NCBI GenBank assembly: GCA_000165425.1
Contig: CT868485.1
Span: 62,001-126,000, forward strand
From: Paramecium tetraurelia
Lineage: Eukaryota
Reading direction: 5' to 3'
Length of the DNA stretch: 64,000 bases
Within the stretch, counting starts at the first letter, position 1. Each line of letters starts with the position of its first letter. This document shows positions 48,124-62,589 of the stretch, piece after piece. Below the pieces are notes generated by a model that worked only from the letters and a program-made list of their open reading frames with translations, was not told where the DNA came from and ran no database searches. The translations under genes were made by a program, and so were the position numbers.

Positions 48124-49279
48124 TTCAAAAATATATATTTATTTTATTATGCAAAATAAATATTAACAAATAGATCTATCGTCAAATAGAGAGGATATCC
48201 AAAATATGATCAAACTTTAAAACTGAAATAGACAGGTCAAGCTAGCAAATCGTAAGAATGCTTAGTTAGAAATTTAAATGAAAAGTACATACATTGGATA
48301 TATATCAATTAGAGTTAAGTAAATAAATTCAATAAGGCAGGAGATTCCCCAGAATTATGTTATGCCTCATAATTTATATTTAAAATGCTTCAATAATAAA
48401 TAAATGAATAAAGTTGTCTCTTAATTTCGTTCAGACAGTCAAAGGATTGTGGCAAATATTTCCTAATCGAATAATAAAATTGCATATACAAAATCTAACA
48501 AAATTAAGACATTTTTATAGCAAACCAAAACATTTTATATTACTGCAGACGCATACAAATTGGCACCAGATCAAGAACATTCATAAGCATGTAAAAGGTT
48601 TGTTCACGTAAATCAAAATGAAATTTTAACACTTTTATAAATTGCTCATTAAGTTAACAATCCTTTCAATGTATTTAATCAAAAATTAAAATAATAAGAA
48701 AAAACATCATCCATCATATCAAATCTCATTTTTAATTAATGAATTTATTCTTATTATAATCAAGAATCATCTAGAGATAGTTTTGAATCAATTTATACTT
48801 TAGAATGAATATGTATGAAGATATTCATATTAAATAATTTTAAAAGGTTAATTGCATAAAAATGATTAATTTCCTCTACATTTATTGAATCCTAGAACAA
48901 CTCATATTGTGTTTTTCTATAATTAACATAATTTCAATCTTTTTCTTAAAATTAGAATATTTTATTGATGATTTTATCTCCTCATACATAAATTTTACTA
49001 ATTTAAAATATTCCTGAGCTAATATGTTTATTTATAAATTGATTTTTGATGTTTTATAAAGTTTGTAAATTATTATTATTTTGATTGTGCAATCTTGTTT
49101 TGATAAATCTATTTACATATAGTATAGCTCTCGGCTTATCTCTTGAGGTAGCCAAAATTTCTAAAAAGTAAAAATTACTAAAATTTAAGCACCATCAAAA
49201 ACAGTTAGAGTCACTTTGTGGAATTTTTTGTTGAAAAAGATGATACTAAATACCTAATCAGGAGAATAATTAAAATTTA

Positions 49280-49610
49280 ATGAATAATCCAGCTCAACCA
49301 AATTTCAACTTTAATTCACTGACTACTAATCTAGAAGAGGACTTAGATTGTGGTAACGTACCTTCATATGCCTCATCATTATGGGGCACAAATAAAAGAG
49401 ATAAAAAAGATTATATACTGACGAATAATAAATTACATAGCGATAGTAATAAGACATTCAAGAGTATTATCAAGTTGGTAGTACAAATAATTAATCATAA
49501 TAGTCAAATACTAAAAACTTTAATTCAAAACGGTATAAATTAAATTTTGATTCTGTAGATTATTAAACACCTCCAAAAAATAAGGAAACCAAACTGAAAT
49601 TTATTGAATG
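49280..49610 (+). CDS. hypothetical protein (may start further upstream)
   Basis: Open frame MNNPAQPNFNFNSLTTNLEEDLDCG... Boundaries uncertain. Confidence 0.3.
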
Positions 49611-49654
49611 AATCTAAATAAATATATATAATATATAAATATTATATATATAAT

Positions 49655-50770
49655 ATGATGGTTAAAAAATAGAATGAAAAACTTCAGTCATTTAGTTAAA
49701 TATTTTTAGATTTCTAAAGAGTAAGCGATCAATAACACTATCGCAATCAGAGTTCACTGAATAATGTAACAATGGCAATGCTAAAAGTAAATCAAAACAA
49801 AAAAGACTAAATTGTAAAGTTGAAGAATCAATTGTTATCTTCACATCTAAGCCCAGACATTTAGAAACTATATTTATAATCCTAGAAAATAGAAATACAA
49901 TAATAAACGACAAGAAAAAGATTATAATTGAGGAAAAGAAACCGATAACATTACTATCTCTTTAAAAGAAGGAGTAAGTAGCAAAAGAACAATCATCTTA
50001 AAGCACATTTAGGTGATTTTATTACCAGTTTCTAAGTGATCTTCTCTCTAGATCATTAACTTGGAGAGATCTTTAAGTTGGGGATTAAAGTATCGAAGAT
50101 TTGTTTGCATATAATCAGGATTAAGATTATGAAAATGATTTAATAAGCACTTTATTTGAAGGAGATGGAGATTAAGTTCTTAAAGAACAAGAACTTGTAT
50201 GTAAAGGTAAATACAGTACATAATACACTGATGACTACAATGATAAATTTATGAAAGATTCCACATACATTAACCGATGAATATATGAGGGGCAAAACAA
50301 TCAGCAGTATTTCTATAGAATTCTAGCACATATAATGTATAGGCACTATTATAAAAAATCTTAAATTAGAAATAAGTAATATTTTATCCCTCAAAGATTT
50401 AAGAAGTCAGACAATTTTAAACCTTATCATCTGCCAAATTAGAGTACAATGTCATTTTTTTCTTCCTACACAATTAATTTTAGAGATTGGAAAAAGCAAT
50501 ATCGTGGTATCCAATATTATTTACATAATAAAATCGTACGACAGATATCTATATCATTGGCCATTTTATGTATAAAGTGATAAAAAGCTACCATTTATTG
50601 CTGAGACTAATTATTCTCGTAATTTTGTGACTCAGAAATATCAGAAACTTAATCCAATTATTCCTAAAGTAGTAATCAGCATAAAGGATGATTTCGTTTG
50701 CCGATAGATTCTTCCATTCTTCAATCATATAGTAATGAATGAAAAAGAATCATAACCAAATTATCAATTG
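49655..50770 (+). CDS. hypothetical protein, possibly SAXO-like repeats, with an internal TGA at 50278
   Basis: Coding-like frames containing KYSTQYTDDYNDKF and LPFIAETNYSRNFV. Intron structure unresolved. Confidence 0.35.
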
Positions 50771-50789
50771 ATTTATTATAAATAATAAT

Positions 50790-53261
50790 ATGTCTGTAAG
50801 AATCAAATATACTAGCATAATAGAAGCTAAGACTGGATTGAAATCGTTGGGTTTATCAAAAAAAAACATATTAGCATTAGGGAGTGGTGAAGAAGAAGAT
50901 TGGTTACTATTAAACGAAGTGAATGCATAATTTAATTTGCATCCTATTTAAATTGGCAAGATGGAGAAGAGAATGATCTCTCAATTAGCATGGTCTCCAT
51001 CAGGACTCTATTTGGCAACAAGCAATGATAAATTGATTGTTTGGTAATTCAATGGCGGCAATTTGTCAATATCTCGAACCTATTAAGGACATAAATTGGA
51101 GATTACTGCATTATGTTGGTCTCCAGATGATTAAAGAATAGCTACTGCCTCTTTAGATGGAAATATCTTTATTTATCATATCAAATAAGATGGAATCTAA
51201 CATAAAATAGATTGTGGTTAAAAAACAGTTGGAATATGTTGGGATCCCTTTGACAAATACATAGTATCCTTGAAATTTGATAACACAGTATAAATTTTTA
51301 AATATAAGGTCAATTTTTATAAAATAGATAATTGGAAACAAGAAATCACGGTTTCCCTCCAAATACATGGCAAATAATGTACAACCAAAAGAGAGGATAG
51401 GAAATTAGATTGGAGTGTAGATTGCAGATATTTGGCAGTCCCAAATTTAGATGATAAAGTATTGATTACATTCATCCTTAGACTATCCCAACAGTGGCTA
51501 TCTTAGATCGAAACCAGAATTTTCAAGTTGTTAGAACGATAATTGGTCCATTCTCATCAATCAATGTTGTTAGATTTTCACCAATGTTATTTAAGAAGTT
51601 CTAATTCTAATGAATATTTTAGTATCATTGCTATTGGTGATAATGATGGTAATATCAGTTTATGGTAAATAAATGAGAATTAAGTTGATGAACAACCATT
51701 TCTGTTGGTTAAGGGTCATAAAAAGGCTGGAGAACTTATAGAGGATATTACATGGAATCAATAAGGAACTGTTTTAATGGCTACGACGTCCAAAAAATAT
51801 ATTATTGTTATTGATTTTCAACTGAGTTTGGGCTAGGTTTTAAATGAAACAGAGAAACAGTAAGCAATAAAGAGTCTTTACGGAGATCTTAAAAATACAA
51901 TTAAATAAATTAGATTTTATTAACCAAAAATTAATAATGACAATATCAAATTTGCAGATATGCAATTAGAAAATATAGATGTCTAAGATGAATTGAAGAA
52001 TCAAATTCCTGATAGCGCATTTTAATAAAGAGAAATTCTTAAATAAACTTAAACATAATTTAAGTAGATTATTGTAGATGGCAAGAAAAAGTTAATTCCT
52101 TTAGATGTGAATTCTTCTGAACCTGTTTTCAAAAAGGTTGAATAACAGTAGCCTTTGTTGATTATTTAATAATATGAAATATTGCCTAAAAGCTACTCAT
52201 TTTCAATGAATAACAAATCTCTTTTGTTGGAAGTTCAAAAATAATAATAAAGAATATTCAATTAAGCTGTCTATGGAACTTTAATTAGATGTATTGAGAA
52301 TAATACACCAAAGTGGATTGATTATGTAGAGGGGTAAATAAAGAATATTCAATATAATGATGATCTAATTGTCATATACACTGATTAGGCGTTGCTATAC
52401 ATTGAAAATCATAAAGGAATGAGGTAGGAGTCACCATTTATATTGCCATTCTTAAGTTAGATAGTTTTGAGTCCGAAGAATTATATCTTATGTCTTTAAA
52501 ACACTGGAGAATTTAAAGTCATCAATTTAAATACAAAAACCATTTCTTATGAAGGTGATATTAAAATTCTAATGCAACATGTTTACGAGTGGATGGATTA
52601 AAAGCAATTATTTAATGAAGATGAAAAGAAAGGCAAATAAAGCATTGACCCTTTAATAAAGGCTAATCTTAAAATTGATACTGAAGGATATCCCTTAGTT
52701 GAATTTCTATTTAAAGATTATTGTGTTTACACTTATCATAAGTAATTGAGACAATGGATTAAAACTAAATAGATTGATGTGAAGTATTCATAATTAATAT
52801 TCACTAGCAATCAAAATTAAGATATCAAGAATTTAAAGAAATTCAACTTTAATTAATACTAAACGCCTCCTTATAATGATGCTTAGATATATAAGAGGAT
52901 AATCTAAAAATCTACAATTGAAGATGCAATAAATGATATTCAATAAATATCGAAATTGGAGGAACAATTAAAAATATATTGGTCTGATGGTGATATTAAA
53001 ACATATGAGAAAGCATTATATACCTATATTAAGAAAGTAATTTGAGAATTTAACTAGTTATGTGACACTTGGCCAAACAATCAAGAGAAATTATCAAATA
53101 TCATTGAAACAATAATTACTAATTACAATTCTGCTGAATATAAGTATCTGAGTGAACGTGTATAGGATATGGAAGAGCTAAAAAAAAAAATTATTTATAT
53201 TCTTCAACAATTTCCATAAACAAGAGATCTAACATTGTGTCTTTTTCCAGATCATTTCTGA
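50790..53261 (+). CDS. HIRA: HIRA histone H3.3 chaperone (WD40 + B domain)
   Basis: GHKLEITALCWSPD..ATASLD, GICWDPFDKYI, RKLDWSVD..LAVPN, VVRFSPMLF, IAIGDNDG and the B-domain-like QVDIVDGKKKLIP. Several tiny introns. Confidence 0.82.
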
Positions 53262-53287
53262 GTATATATAAATTATTTAGATAAATA

Positions 53288-53980
53288 TCATTATTAAAGC
53301 AATTTGTATTGCAGAAGATCTTTTTAGATATGCATGAGTTAATTCAAACACTTTTCGTTTCTTGAATAATGACTATTTAAACGATCTAATTCTTACTCAA
53401 AATTTGTCATCTTGGGTCTAATTTTATATGGATACTAGAGAGCAACCCTTTCCCACTCATCCAATTCTAGACGAGCAGAATTTGATTGATTAAATTTAAA
53501 GACTGAGATATTCATTAATACCTTGTGTTCGATATCAGGATTGATTTTTTTTAATTCCTATTATATTTATTTAAGATCCATTTGCATTTGTTTTGAAGAT
53601 TGTAAACTATTATTTCTTTCTCTCTATAAAGATGTATGAGAATTCAACATAGATATGGTTTGACGAACAGCGCTAAATTATTATTTCCTTCTGGTTTGAT
53701 TAAGCTCTCCTAACAATCGTTTTGCTTTATAACTTTTAAGAGAGTCCAATTTGTACAATTTAATGAGAGTCTTTTCGTAATTGACCTAATTCTTCTGCAG
53801 GTAGGCTCTAATCTTATTATCTACCTTATCAAACAATTAATTATCATAAGTGAAATCCTTTACTTTATTACTAATACTCCTTTTCTCTCTTACATAAGGT
53901 CTATTAGATTTGCGGGGAGACAAAGTTTCATCCAGTACATCGATTGTATTTGATGAAACCTTAGGAGAACCATATTTCAT
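53288..53980 (-). CDS. hypothetical protein of about 230 aa
   Basis: Open frame MKYGSPKVSSNTIDVLDETLSPRKSNRP...DLLQYKLLQQ*. Confidence 0.55.
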
Positions 53981-54009
53981 TTAATTATATATTTAATTAT
54001 ACACATAAT

Positions 54010-56827
54010 TCATTACTATTATTATTATTATTTCTTAACTTATTTTATAAATTTATCCTTCTGTTTTTATTGCTTATACTTTCTCTTCCCCTCTTCTAAA
54101 TGCTACTTCTGTCCTTTAATCTAGGCCTTTTTGACCTTCTGCTTTTGAATGTCCTTCTATTCTCTCTTCTTCTCCTTCTCATTCTTTATAGTATTCAATC
54201 GCTAGATCAACGAATAAACTTCCTTCTCCTTGTCTGTCATATTGCTCTTAACAGGTAAATTCTTTTCCACTTATTATCGCAATCTCTCCCTGAATGACAA
54301 AGATTTAACCTTAAACTATTTTTCATTTAAATACCTTCTCCTTGCTTTCAAAAGGCAAGTTCTATTATAAATTATTTGGTATTCTCAATGGAGCAAATTT
54401 CACAGGTACTCTTTCCTGATCTTAATAAGTGGAATCTGGTTTGAATTCTAGCGGAATCTATTTCTCCTGCCTCAATTCCCACATGGTTTTCATCAATTTC
54501 ACGTTACTTGTGATTAGTCTATAAAATCTCTCAATATGCATTCTGACCCAAGTCCTGCAGAAGACTAAATCACTCATTTGGATCTTGTCTTCGAATGTAG
54601 CTCTGAAACTGCCATCAGGACCTAATTTACTTGGCTTTTTAATGTGTCCTCTTAAACCTGATACAGTTTTAATGAGACCACCTTAAAATTTAGCTACCTC
54701 AAGAGAAGAATTAAACATTCCTTTAATGAATGCAGTATTTTTAATGACTTTGAAGGGCTCCCCAACCAACTTTAACTTTTTCATTACGTCAAATTAATGA
54801 TTCATCTCTAATACAACTCCAGTGGCAGCAATTCTAAATTTAGACTATATAATTGATGTATTATTTTAATACCAATTTATTGCTTAATGACTATGTGCAA
54901 ACGAGACCTGTCCCCTAAGGTGCAAAATTACCGTAAAATATGGCATAACAATAGTCATATTCTGGAGTATATTTAACGAACCGTAATCTGTCATTCGGAT
55001 CCTATACACAATATATAGGGATGGTTTAAAATCTCCTCCATCCAAGAGAGATTATGATAGGATCATTGGATTTTAAGATATTGCTATGCCATCTATGCTT
55101 TTTGATTCGAATCTAAAATATATGACAGATTATACCTTAATAAATCCTAAATTGTCTTCACCCACTTCAGACCTAGCAAGAATCATAGGGTAATCGTCTT
55201 TAATGGATGATGAAAAATCTTTAATCACTATTTTGACATACGTGCCTTTTTTATACAATCCAAGATTTGAATTAGTTAATTAATTCACTAATTATTATCT
55301 TTGTTATTAATTTTCTTTTTGATTTTAGTTATCATCTTTTTCCTTTTAATTTTCACCCTTCTTTTCCTATTCTTATTCTTCTTCTAATTATTCTTCCTCA
55401 ATCTATTTCTCAAGATTCTCCAAATCCACCACATCAGTCTAGCCATAAAAGCCTGTCACAAATAATTCCTTAATTTCTCTATATGATTCTCTTTCTTACA
55501 CTTTAGCTATGTATCTTACACTATCAAACTCATTAATACCAGTCTTATTCTAATATATCAATTCATGTAAATCAGTAGCCAATAAAGTATCTGTAATAGG
55601 CATGACTGTTCCATTCTCAATTTTAACATTGACCCTATTCTTTAATCTCACTAATTCTCTTTGTTGTTAAATCTATTGTTAATTAATTTTCTTCTTGATA
55701 GGTTTTTCTTCTTCCAAATCAAATCCCTCCAATAATTATACATCTTCTTCCTCCTCTAATTGCTTATCAATTCCTTCAGTCAATTGTTGCAATTCTCTAA
55801 CCATCCTGACTCCTTCAGGTAACTCTTATTCCTATTCTTATTCTTCTATCTCTTCATCTTCCTATTCTTCAATATTAACAAATTTATTTTTATCTGTGAA
55901 TATTGGTTAAGGGATAGTAATATATCCTGCTGTGGCATCAATTGTTAATGCACCCACACTGGACATGGGTGCATAAACTAACTTTTCAGTATCCTTCAAT
56001 GATCGATGCTTCTTCTAATTGGTTATGATCTCTACTGGATCCAGGACTTCTTCAAAACTATCAATATAGTAATCTCCTTAACCTACAAAATGAATTCTAT
56101 CATTTAATCGATAGGTGCATCCTCTTACATAGCCATAAAAGGTTGTAGTATTATCCTTACCCTATTCATAACGATCTGCCAATATAAAGGGATGTTCTGT
56201 TTTCCATCTTACTGGAGCAATCTTGATGATCGATATGAATCTTGCCAAATTATGAATGTCTTATTTCAAATAGTATTCATTTTTCAAAGCTTACAAGTAG
56301 AATAATTTGTAATTGCCACCAGTTTCGTATTCGAATCTCTTCTTATATTTCTTTCTTGTCTTCCTCAGTTATTTGTTGTCTTTAAAGAAATCAATGTGTG
56401 TCAACACGCCCATAACATTAGGAAAACCATGATTATTCAACAAGCTTAAGTACTCAAATGTTTCCATCTCAAATCCTATACTTGCATCGATCAATATCAA
56501 TGCTAGATCTGCCACTTTACTTAAATCGCTCATTGCATTGATATCACTAGGACACTCAACAAATGTGACTCTATGTTACTTGTTTGAACGAACTGTTACT
56601 GGACCAACCAATTTCTTAATTTTCTATCCTGTATAATGTTTCACAAGAGATTTTATTAATGTTGTTTTGCCACTGCCTTTTGGTCCTTAGACAACAACCA
56701 ACAAAGGAGCTTATGATTCTGCTTCTTCATTAGCTTACAATTATTCGGCATAGAAGTCCTTTTGTTATTTTTAATGAGGCTTAATTATCGGGGCTTGTTT
56801 CACTTGTTCTTCTTCGGAATCAGACAT
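54010..56827 (-). CDS. BMS1: ribosome biogenesis GTPase BMS1
   Basis: [70 protein letters not shown] and FRATFEDKI. Ends KKQQQQQQ*. Confidence 0.95.
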
Positions 56828-56857
56828 TAAAATTAAAATTTATATATTTAAATTGTG
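56828..56857. promoter_or_regulatory. 30-bp divergent intergenic region (BMS1 / PFDN5)
   Basis: Head-to-head ATGs at 56827 (-) and 56858 (+). The spacer is nearly all A/T. Confidence 0.55.
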
Positions 56858-57388
56858 ATGAGTCAATAACAAGAAGAACAGAAGGCTATCCCTCTTGACA
56901 AATTGACCCCTCAATAATTGTTGTAGATCAAAAAGTAAATAGAGGAGGTATAACCTTATTATATAAAATAGGAAGTCCAATAGCTCAGTTAATCATTATC
57001 TTAATTCAGAATTGCAAATGCCAAGTATGATGAAAGCAAAGTGATCTTAAAAAGATTAGATTAAACTCCAAAAGATAATGATCTCTTAGTACCAATTACT
57101 GCATCGCTCTATGTACCAGGTACTAATTACATACAATAATGAGGAAGATTGATTAGCCCATAATCAGTTATGATAGATTATGGAACAGGATATTTTGTTG
57201 AGCGCAATACTGAGCAAGGGTAACATTTTTGTGATAGAAAATTACAATTGTTGAAGGAATCACAAGATAAATTGAGTAATATCATCAATTAGAAAAAGTA
57301 ATTCATGGATAAATTGAATATTGAATTATAGAAAAGAGTGTTGCAAGTGTAATAAATTTAATAGCAATAATAACAACAAAAGAAATGA
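56858..57388 (+). CDS. PFDN5: prefoldin subunit 5 (alpha type)
   Basis: LTPQQLLQIKKQIEEE, LLVPITASLYVPG, VMIDYGTGYFVE and FCDRKL. Two tiny introns. Confidence 0.93.
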
Positions 57389-57448
57389 ATGAATGATGAT
57401 GAATTATATCTTAAAATAAAATCAATATTTAATATATTTAACCTAATC

Positions 57449-58899
57449 TCAATTGTCATAATAATTATTGTTTCTCCTATAGTTTTATCTTTTCCGATTG
57501 TTATAATTATTTTTATCTAAAATTATATGTATAATAATAGATATATACTGTATTATTTTTTTTTTCTAGGGTTGCTATCACTTCTGCTCCGTGAAGACTA
57601 TTAATCATAATTAACTGATTTACTGATGATGATGAGCTGCTACTACTAGAACTACTAGAATCTCTTGATATTTATGCATGTAAAGTGCTTTTATAAGGGA
57701 TTCGTTGAAAAGAGACCACGTTTTGATCAGGTATTCGATACTCACAAATTGTCTTTTCTTCAGGAATCTCAATTTATCCAGGAGGTTTCAGTTGTTTGAT
57801 GAACTGATCAGATGTGTAGACTATGCAATAAGAATTAGAGGATTCCTCCTGACTTTAAATAGAAGATGTTACTTACTTAAGTAGTATTTCATATAATCCA
57901 ATAATGTCGCCATATTATTGGAAGATGCTCAACAGTTTGTTTGTATTGATTGGATGTTGTGTTTTGATGAATAATTAATATTGTTTGAGGATATCTGAAA
58001 AGGATTCAGACTTCTTTTTCTTCTAGCATATAAGACATGGAACATTCTTAATTTTTAATTAGACATTCTTCTATAATATTTCCAACTGCACTTCCAAATA
58101 TTCAAAAATATGATCTTACTATTTTTCACTCCTGAATGTTCCCTCTGGTAATTACTATAATTTCAATCTATTTTTAATATCCATCAAGCACTCTTATAAA
58201 TTGAATTCTTATGGAATCCCAAAGATATAGATGGTCTCCTTGGGAACTAATACATCACTCAACTCAATTACTTGTCAATTACACAGGCTAGATATCTACA
58301 ATTGGAGGCGTAATAATAGTCTTCTGTTGTGGAATCACTTGTAAATTCAAGACTATGGCATTCTTCTTCTTATCCTGACTCTCTGATTTCGATGAATCTT
58401 GGCTACTAGATCGATCTCTCTTTTTTTCCCCAAATCTCTGCTACCTTAATTTCTCTTCAAGTGCTTATTTGTCCACTTCTCCTTTTTCCTAACATCCCAA
58501 TATATGTTATTCAATACCCTTAGCATCATCAAAAATATATCACTAATCAATGGAATGATCTTCTTTTCACTTTGATGTTTTGATACTAAATTGATATGTT
58601 TCTTTCCAATGTATATCAATTTGGCATCATTATCATATCGCATCCCTATCGCTATATCAATAGTGCGCTCATTCAAATTCTTATCGGTAATCTGAATCAC
58701 TTCGCAAGGACCCTAGCCATCATGATCATCTTACCGCCTTCTACACTCTGTCCTTTACAAAATTCAGAAATTGATCTTCTGTTTGATTCCCCATATATAG
58801 ATTCTTCACAAAGAAATGGATCTTGATTTCTGAACATTTGATATAATGCCATTTATCTAACACATTTTAGAATCTCCGTGGCGATTGATTTCGACTCAT
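57449..58899 (-). CDS. putative RNA-binding protein with Ser/Arg-rich low-complexity segments
   Basis: ATG at 58899 (MSRNQSPRRF), an RRM-like segment HFFVKNLY, internal RDRSSSQDSSKSE, and C-terminal poly-Ser/SRSRS. Confidence 0.5.
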
Positions 58900-58926
58900 C
58901 AATATATAAAAATATATTAAATATAA

Positions 58927-61604
58927 TCAATTCTTTTTTTTTATATTTTATGTCCCAAAAGTCTAAGTCGGCTTCCTCTTCTCTCCAATATCAAAAATGC
59001 TACCTTATTTTTTATTCGCAGACTTTGCAAACGGATTGAATTCCTCCTCTTCCTATTGACTTTCAACTCTCTAGAATTATTATATGTGTTGTTGTTATTA
59101 TTAATGATGTTATTCTTTATGTTCCAAAATAGATTTTATTTAACTCATGTTCACTTAATCATTCTACTTCAAAAAACCAAATCCTTGTCTCTTCGGAGAT
59201 TAAGGTCTCTTATCGATATTAAAATTCTACTATGACTTTATTATTTATTACTAAATGTATAAATTAATTGTTTTACTCTCTATAGCAATTTTATTTAGTT
59301 CAATAACTTTTGGAATTCCTTATTTGTTGTCTACTTTTCTTTCTACAATTCCAACAAACTGATGATCGAATTCATATCATATTCATCTTTAATATGACAC
59401 TTAAAGAATTCAATAGCCTTATCCTTCGATTCATTTAAAATCTACTTAAATAAATCAACTCTGTATTTTCTCAATAACTTCTATGTCTCTTCAATTTTGG
59501 TCGTGTCATATAAGTTCTAAGTATATCTCAGGAGGATATCATTTTATTTGTCATCATTTCGAGCATAATAGTATTTCCCAAATTCGTTCCATCTATATAA
59601 TTCATGATTCAGAATGATCAATTAGATTAGAAATTGTTTATAATTGGCTATCAACTTTTCATCCTAAATCGAACACACAAATGGTTATTCAAAACTCTCT
59701 TAAATCATCTCCTACTTCATTGAAGCCAATGGCTGTTCAGTTTTTAACAAGCATAATTTGTAATCTTGAATTCCATATAACCAAACCTTTGGATTATGAA
59801 AAACTTCTATCCATCTACCTTGTTGATAAATTTTGATCACACCCTTTGAATCTTAAATACTTAATAATCCTTCATCTGAATACCCAATCCAGGAGAGTGA
59901 TGAAAATGGTGTTAAGAATATATCAAATTCTTCAATTTATTTCTACAAATCTATGTCATAAACTCTCCCTTTTAAAACTTACTAATTCAACATTGGAGAA
60001 GTATCATGAAATACTAAACACAACAAATGTTCGTAGGCACACATTGATACAACTGCCCTATTTGTATTAAATTCTAATAACTCCAAACCACAAAATGAAA
60101 TTACTCTACATATTCCATGATCACTCATAATTGCAAACCAATCATTTCCAATTGCCACTAGTTCTGCTCCTTCCTCTTCTGGTAATGCGAATTCAAAATC
60201 ATCAACATCACCTATAAATTACTAGAAAAACACAATTGACTTTCCATCCCCAACCAAATATCCTTATTCGTCCAAATCATTTGGTCCCTTTGATGCCAAT
60301 ACACATCCTCTATAATTCAAAGTACCAATAGCGTATCTTTATTAATTACTAATCTTAAACTTTTTATAAAATGTTGAATCAAAAAACTCGAATTCAATCA
60401 TATTAGTATTTTTACACAATATTATTGTCCCCACAGTATTGTAACATAAATATTACCTTCCTCTTGATGGTTGTGTTTCTCCTGGCCTCAAAATGTCCTA
60501 CATCCCTGAATCTAAATTCTACTTTTATTATCTCTCCATCTAATTCCCCTTTTTTATTCCATCCTGTTCATCCTTATTTTCTATTATTTCTTCATCCATC
60601 AATTCCTCTTCCATTCTCTAACTAATCCTTAACTTTGTTTTCTAATCCACTAAATCTTAAATTGCACTAATCTTATCTTAATATATCTTGTCATACTTTG
60701 TTTTAGGAGGATCTAAAGTTGTTTCAATTAGATTCCCATTGCAATCCAATAAATAGAATACATTTTATATTATTTTCATATGCAATGGTGTGCATTTGAT
60801 ATTAAATTGCCAATGCAATGATAAATCAGTCAAAGATTTAAAATTCCATAATTTTATTTCTCCATCTAGTGAGCATGATCCAACACAATTTTCTTGTATC
60901 CATCTTATTATGCAAATCTCACTAGAATGAGAAATCTAATATTGGTTCTATAAATCTTAAGGTTCATCCTCTGTAATAATATATTAAGCATTCATCCTTC
61001 CAGCAATCCAAAATGAATCCCCTGAAGGATGGAAATCTGATTATAATTTCTAAAATGCATCTGGTGATATTTATTTACTAATTGTATATCTTTACAATAA
61101 ATGAGGTACTTATGATAATTGATAAACTATCAAACAACCATCACAACCAATACTACACACAAATCTGTCTTTTGGATCAAAAGCACAACTTATTATCATC
61201 CCATCATGTCCAGGCTTGCATCTTGATATTTTGGTATCTCTATTTAATATTAATGAATTTTCTTCAGAAGCTATGCCCATTATTTTTCCATTTTTATTGT
61301 ATTTGATCTAAGTCACCTTCCCTGTCAAAGTCACAATTAGTGATGGAGCTGTCATTTAGATATCATCATATGTATCCACTCTCATATCTCCTATTGCAAA
61401 AACTTGTGAATTTAAAGGATGAATTGCCAAAGCCTACATAGGTGACTCAAGCACAGTTTCCGCGGTTTTTTTGTGTTCCATTAAATCATACTCCACCAAA
61501 CTCTAATTCCAAGCCAGCAATGCTGTATTTCCACTAATATCAAAGCCACATTATCCTTTTGTCTCTGTGATTGCTATGCTCTTGAACTCTTTTGCACTTT
61601 GCAT
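58927..61604 (-). CDS. WD40 + SepB/Mcl1-mid protein, WDHD1/AND-1/CTF4-like
   Basis: N-terminal WD repeats (LAIHP, QAWTW, SDFHPSG..IAG), a mid region (EFEFFDS..GTLNYRGCVLAS..FALPEEEG..VAIGNDWF, LTWIGYSDE) and a helical C-terminus. Confidence 0.72.
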
Positions 61605-62589
61605 ATTAGTTAAATTATTTTAAATTAAATATAAATTATTAATCACAGCATTCCACTCTTTTTTTCATTTTATTTATATTTTTCCTATTCTTCTCAATAA
61701 TAACAATATTAACATTTTTAATAAATATATTTCAGTTGAATAATTAATTTTCTATGCTTCATTTTGCAGTTGGAGGAAATTCTCTTTTTTTCAAAATATA
61801 ATTGATAATACTGTTATTTTCACTATGTTTTTGTGGTTATATTTCTACTCTAAAAATACTTATGCTTACTTTAAATCATTCTATAATATTCTAGATTGAA
61901 TAACTTAATTCAAGATTAATATGAGAAAATTTATACAGAAATTATTTTGATGATGACTAAAATAATAGAACATTTAACAATATCAAAAAGTATTAATTAA
62001 TTCTGATTATTTAAGACACCAATAGAAAACTATTTTTGACATTATTTTATATTTGGTTTTAATTATATACTTTTACTTCTATTTTATGAAACTTTTACTA
62101 TATACTTTAGTATGGAGTCTAAAGTTGATATAGAAAACAAAATAATTATCACATGAATTTTTATTTTATACCTTGAAAAAAATTGTATATAATTTAATGT
62201 TGGATTATAAAATAATATTTTTGAAATATTAGATGTTTTTTATTTTCGAATAACTTTTAAAAAACACAATTGCTTCAAATCAAGATCTATTAGAAATATT
62301 TTATTTATATATATAATTAACTTTAATGCCAATTAACACTTTTTTTTAGAAAAAAGGAAAAGTAATATCATTATTTAATGGGGTCTATTTATTAACAATT
62401 AAAAATGAATATCTATTTGCTATTAAAAAGCTTCTATTAGAAATTCATATAAGAAATTGTTGTATTATCACTAAATCAGTTTTTCCATAATTTTCGTATT
62501 AAAATTTGTTCTCTGAAATAGGGCTTGGGAAATGAATTTTAATGCCCATAATTAAAGATTTATGATACTTTAATAATAAAAATTTGATA

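Noticed and set aside
48149..48810. Possible gene downstream of the MFS transporter
   Set aside because: The ATG frame stops after about 25 codons and I could not build a consistent exon model. At most a relic.
51598..51622. Apparent frameshift in HIRA
   Set aside because: Explained by a canonical 25-nt GT..TAG intron that restores the frame.
55695..55910. Ser/Tyr-rich plus-strand ORF
   Set aside because: Antisense of the acidic linker of BMS1.
61620..62580. Long AT-rich stretch (also 8600-9350 and 26110-27190) as a retained IES, transposon or ncRNA
   Set aside because: I saw no terminal inverted repeats, transposase remnants, telomeric repeats or tRNA-like structure. TA-bounded IES ends cannot be told from background by eye.
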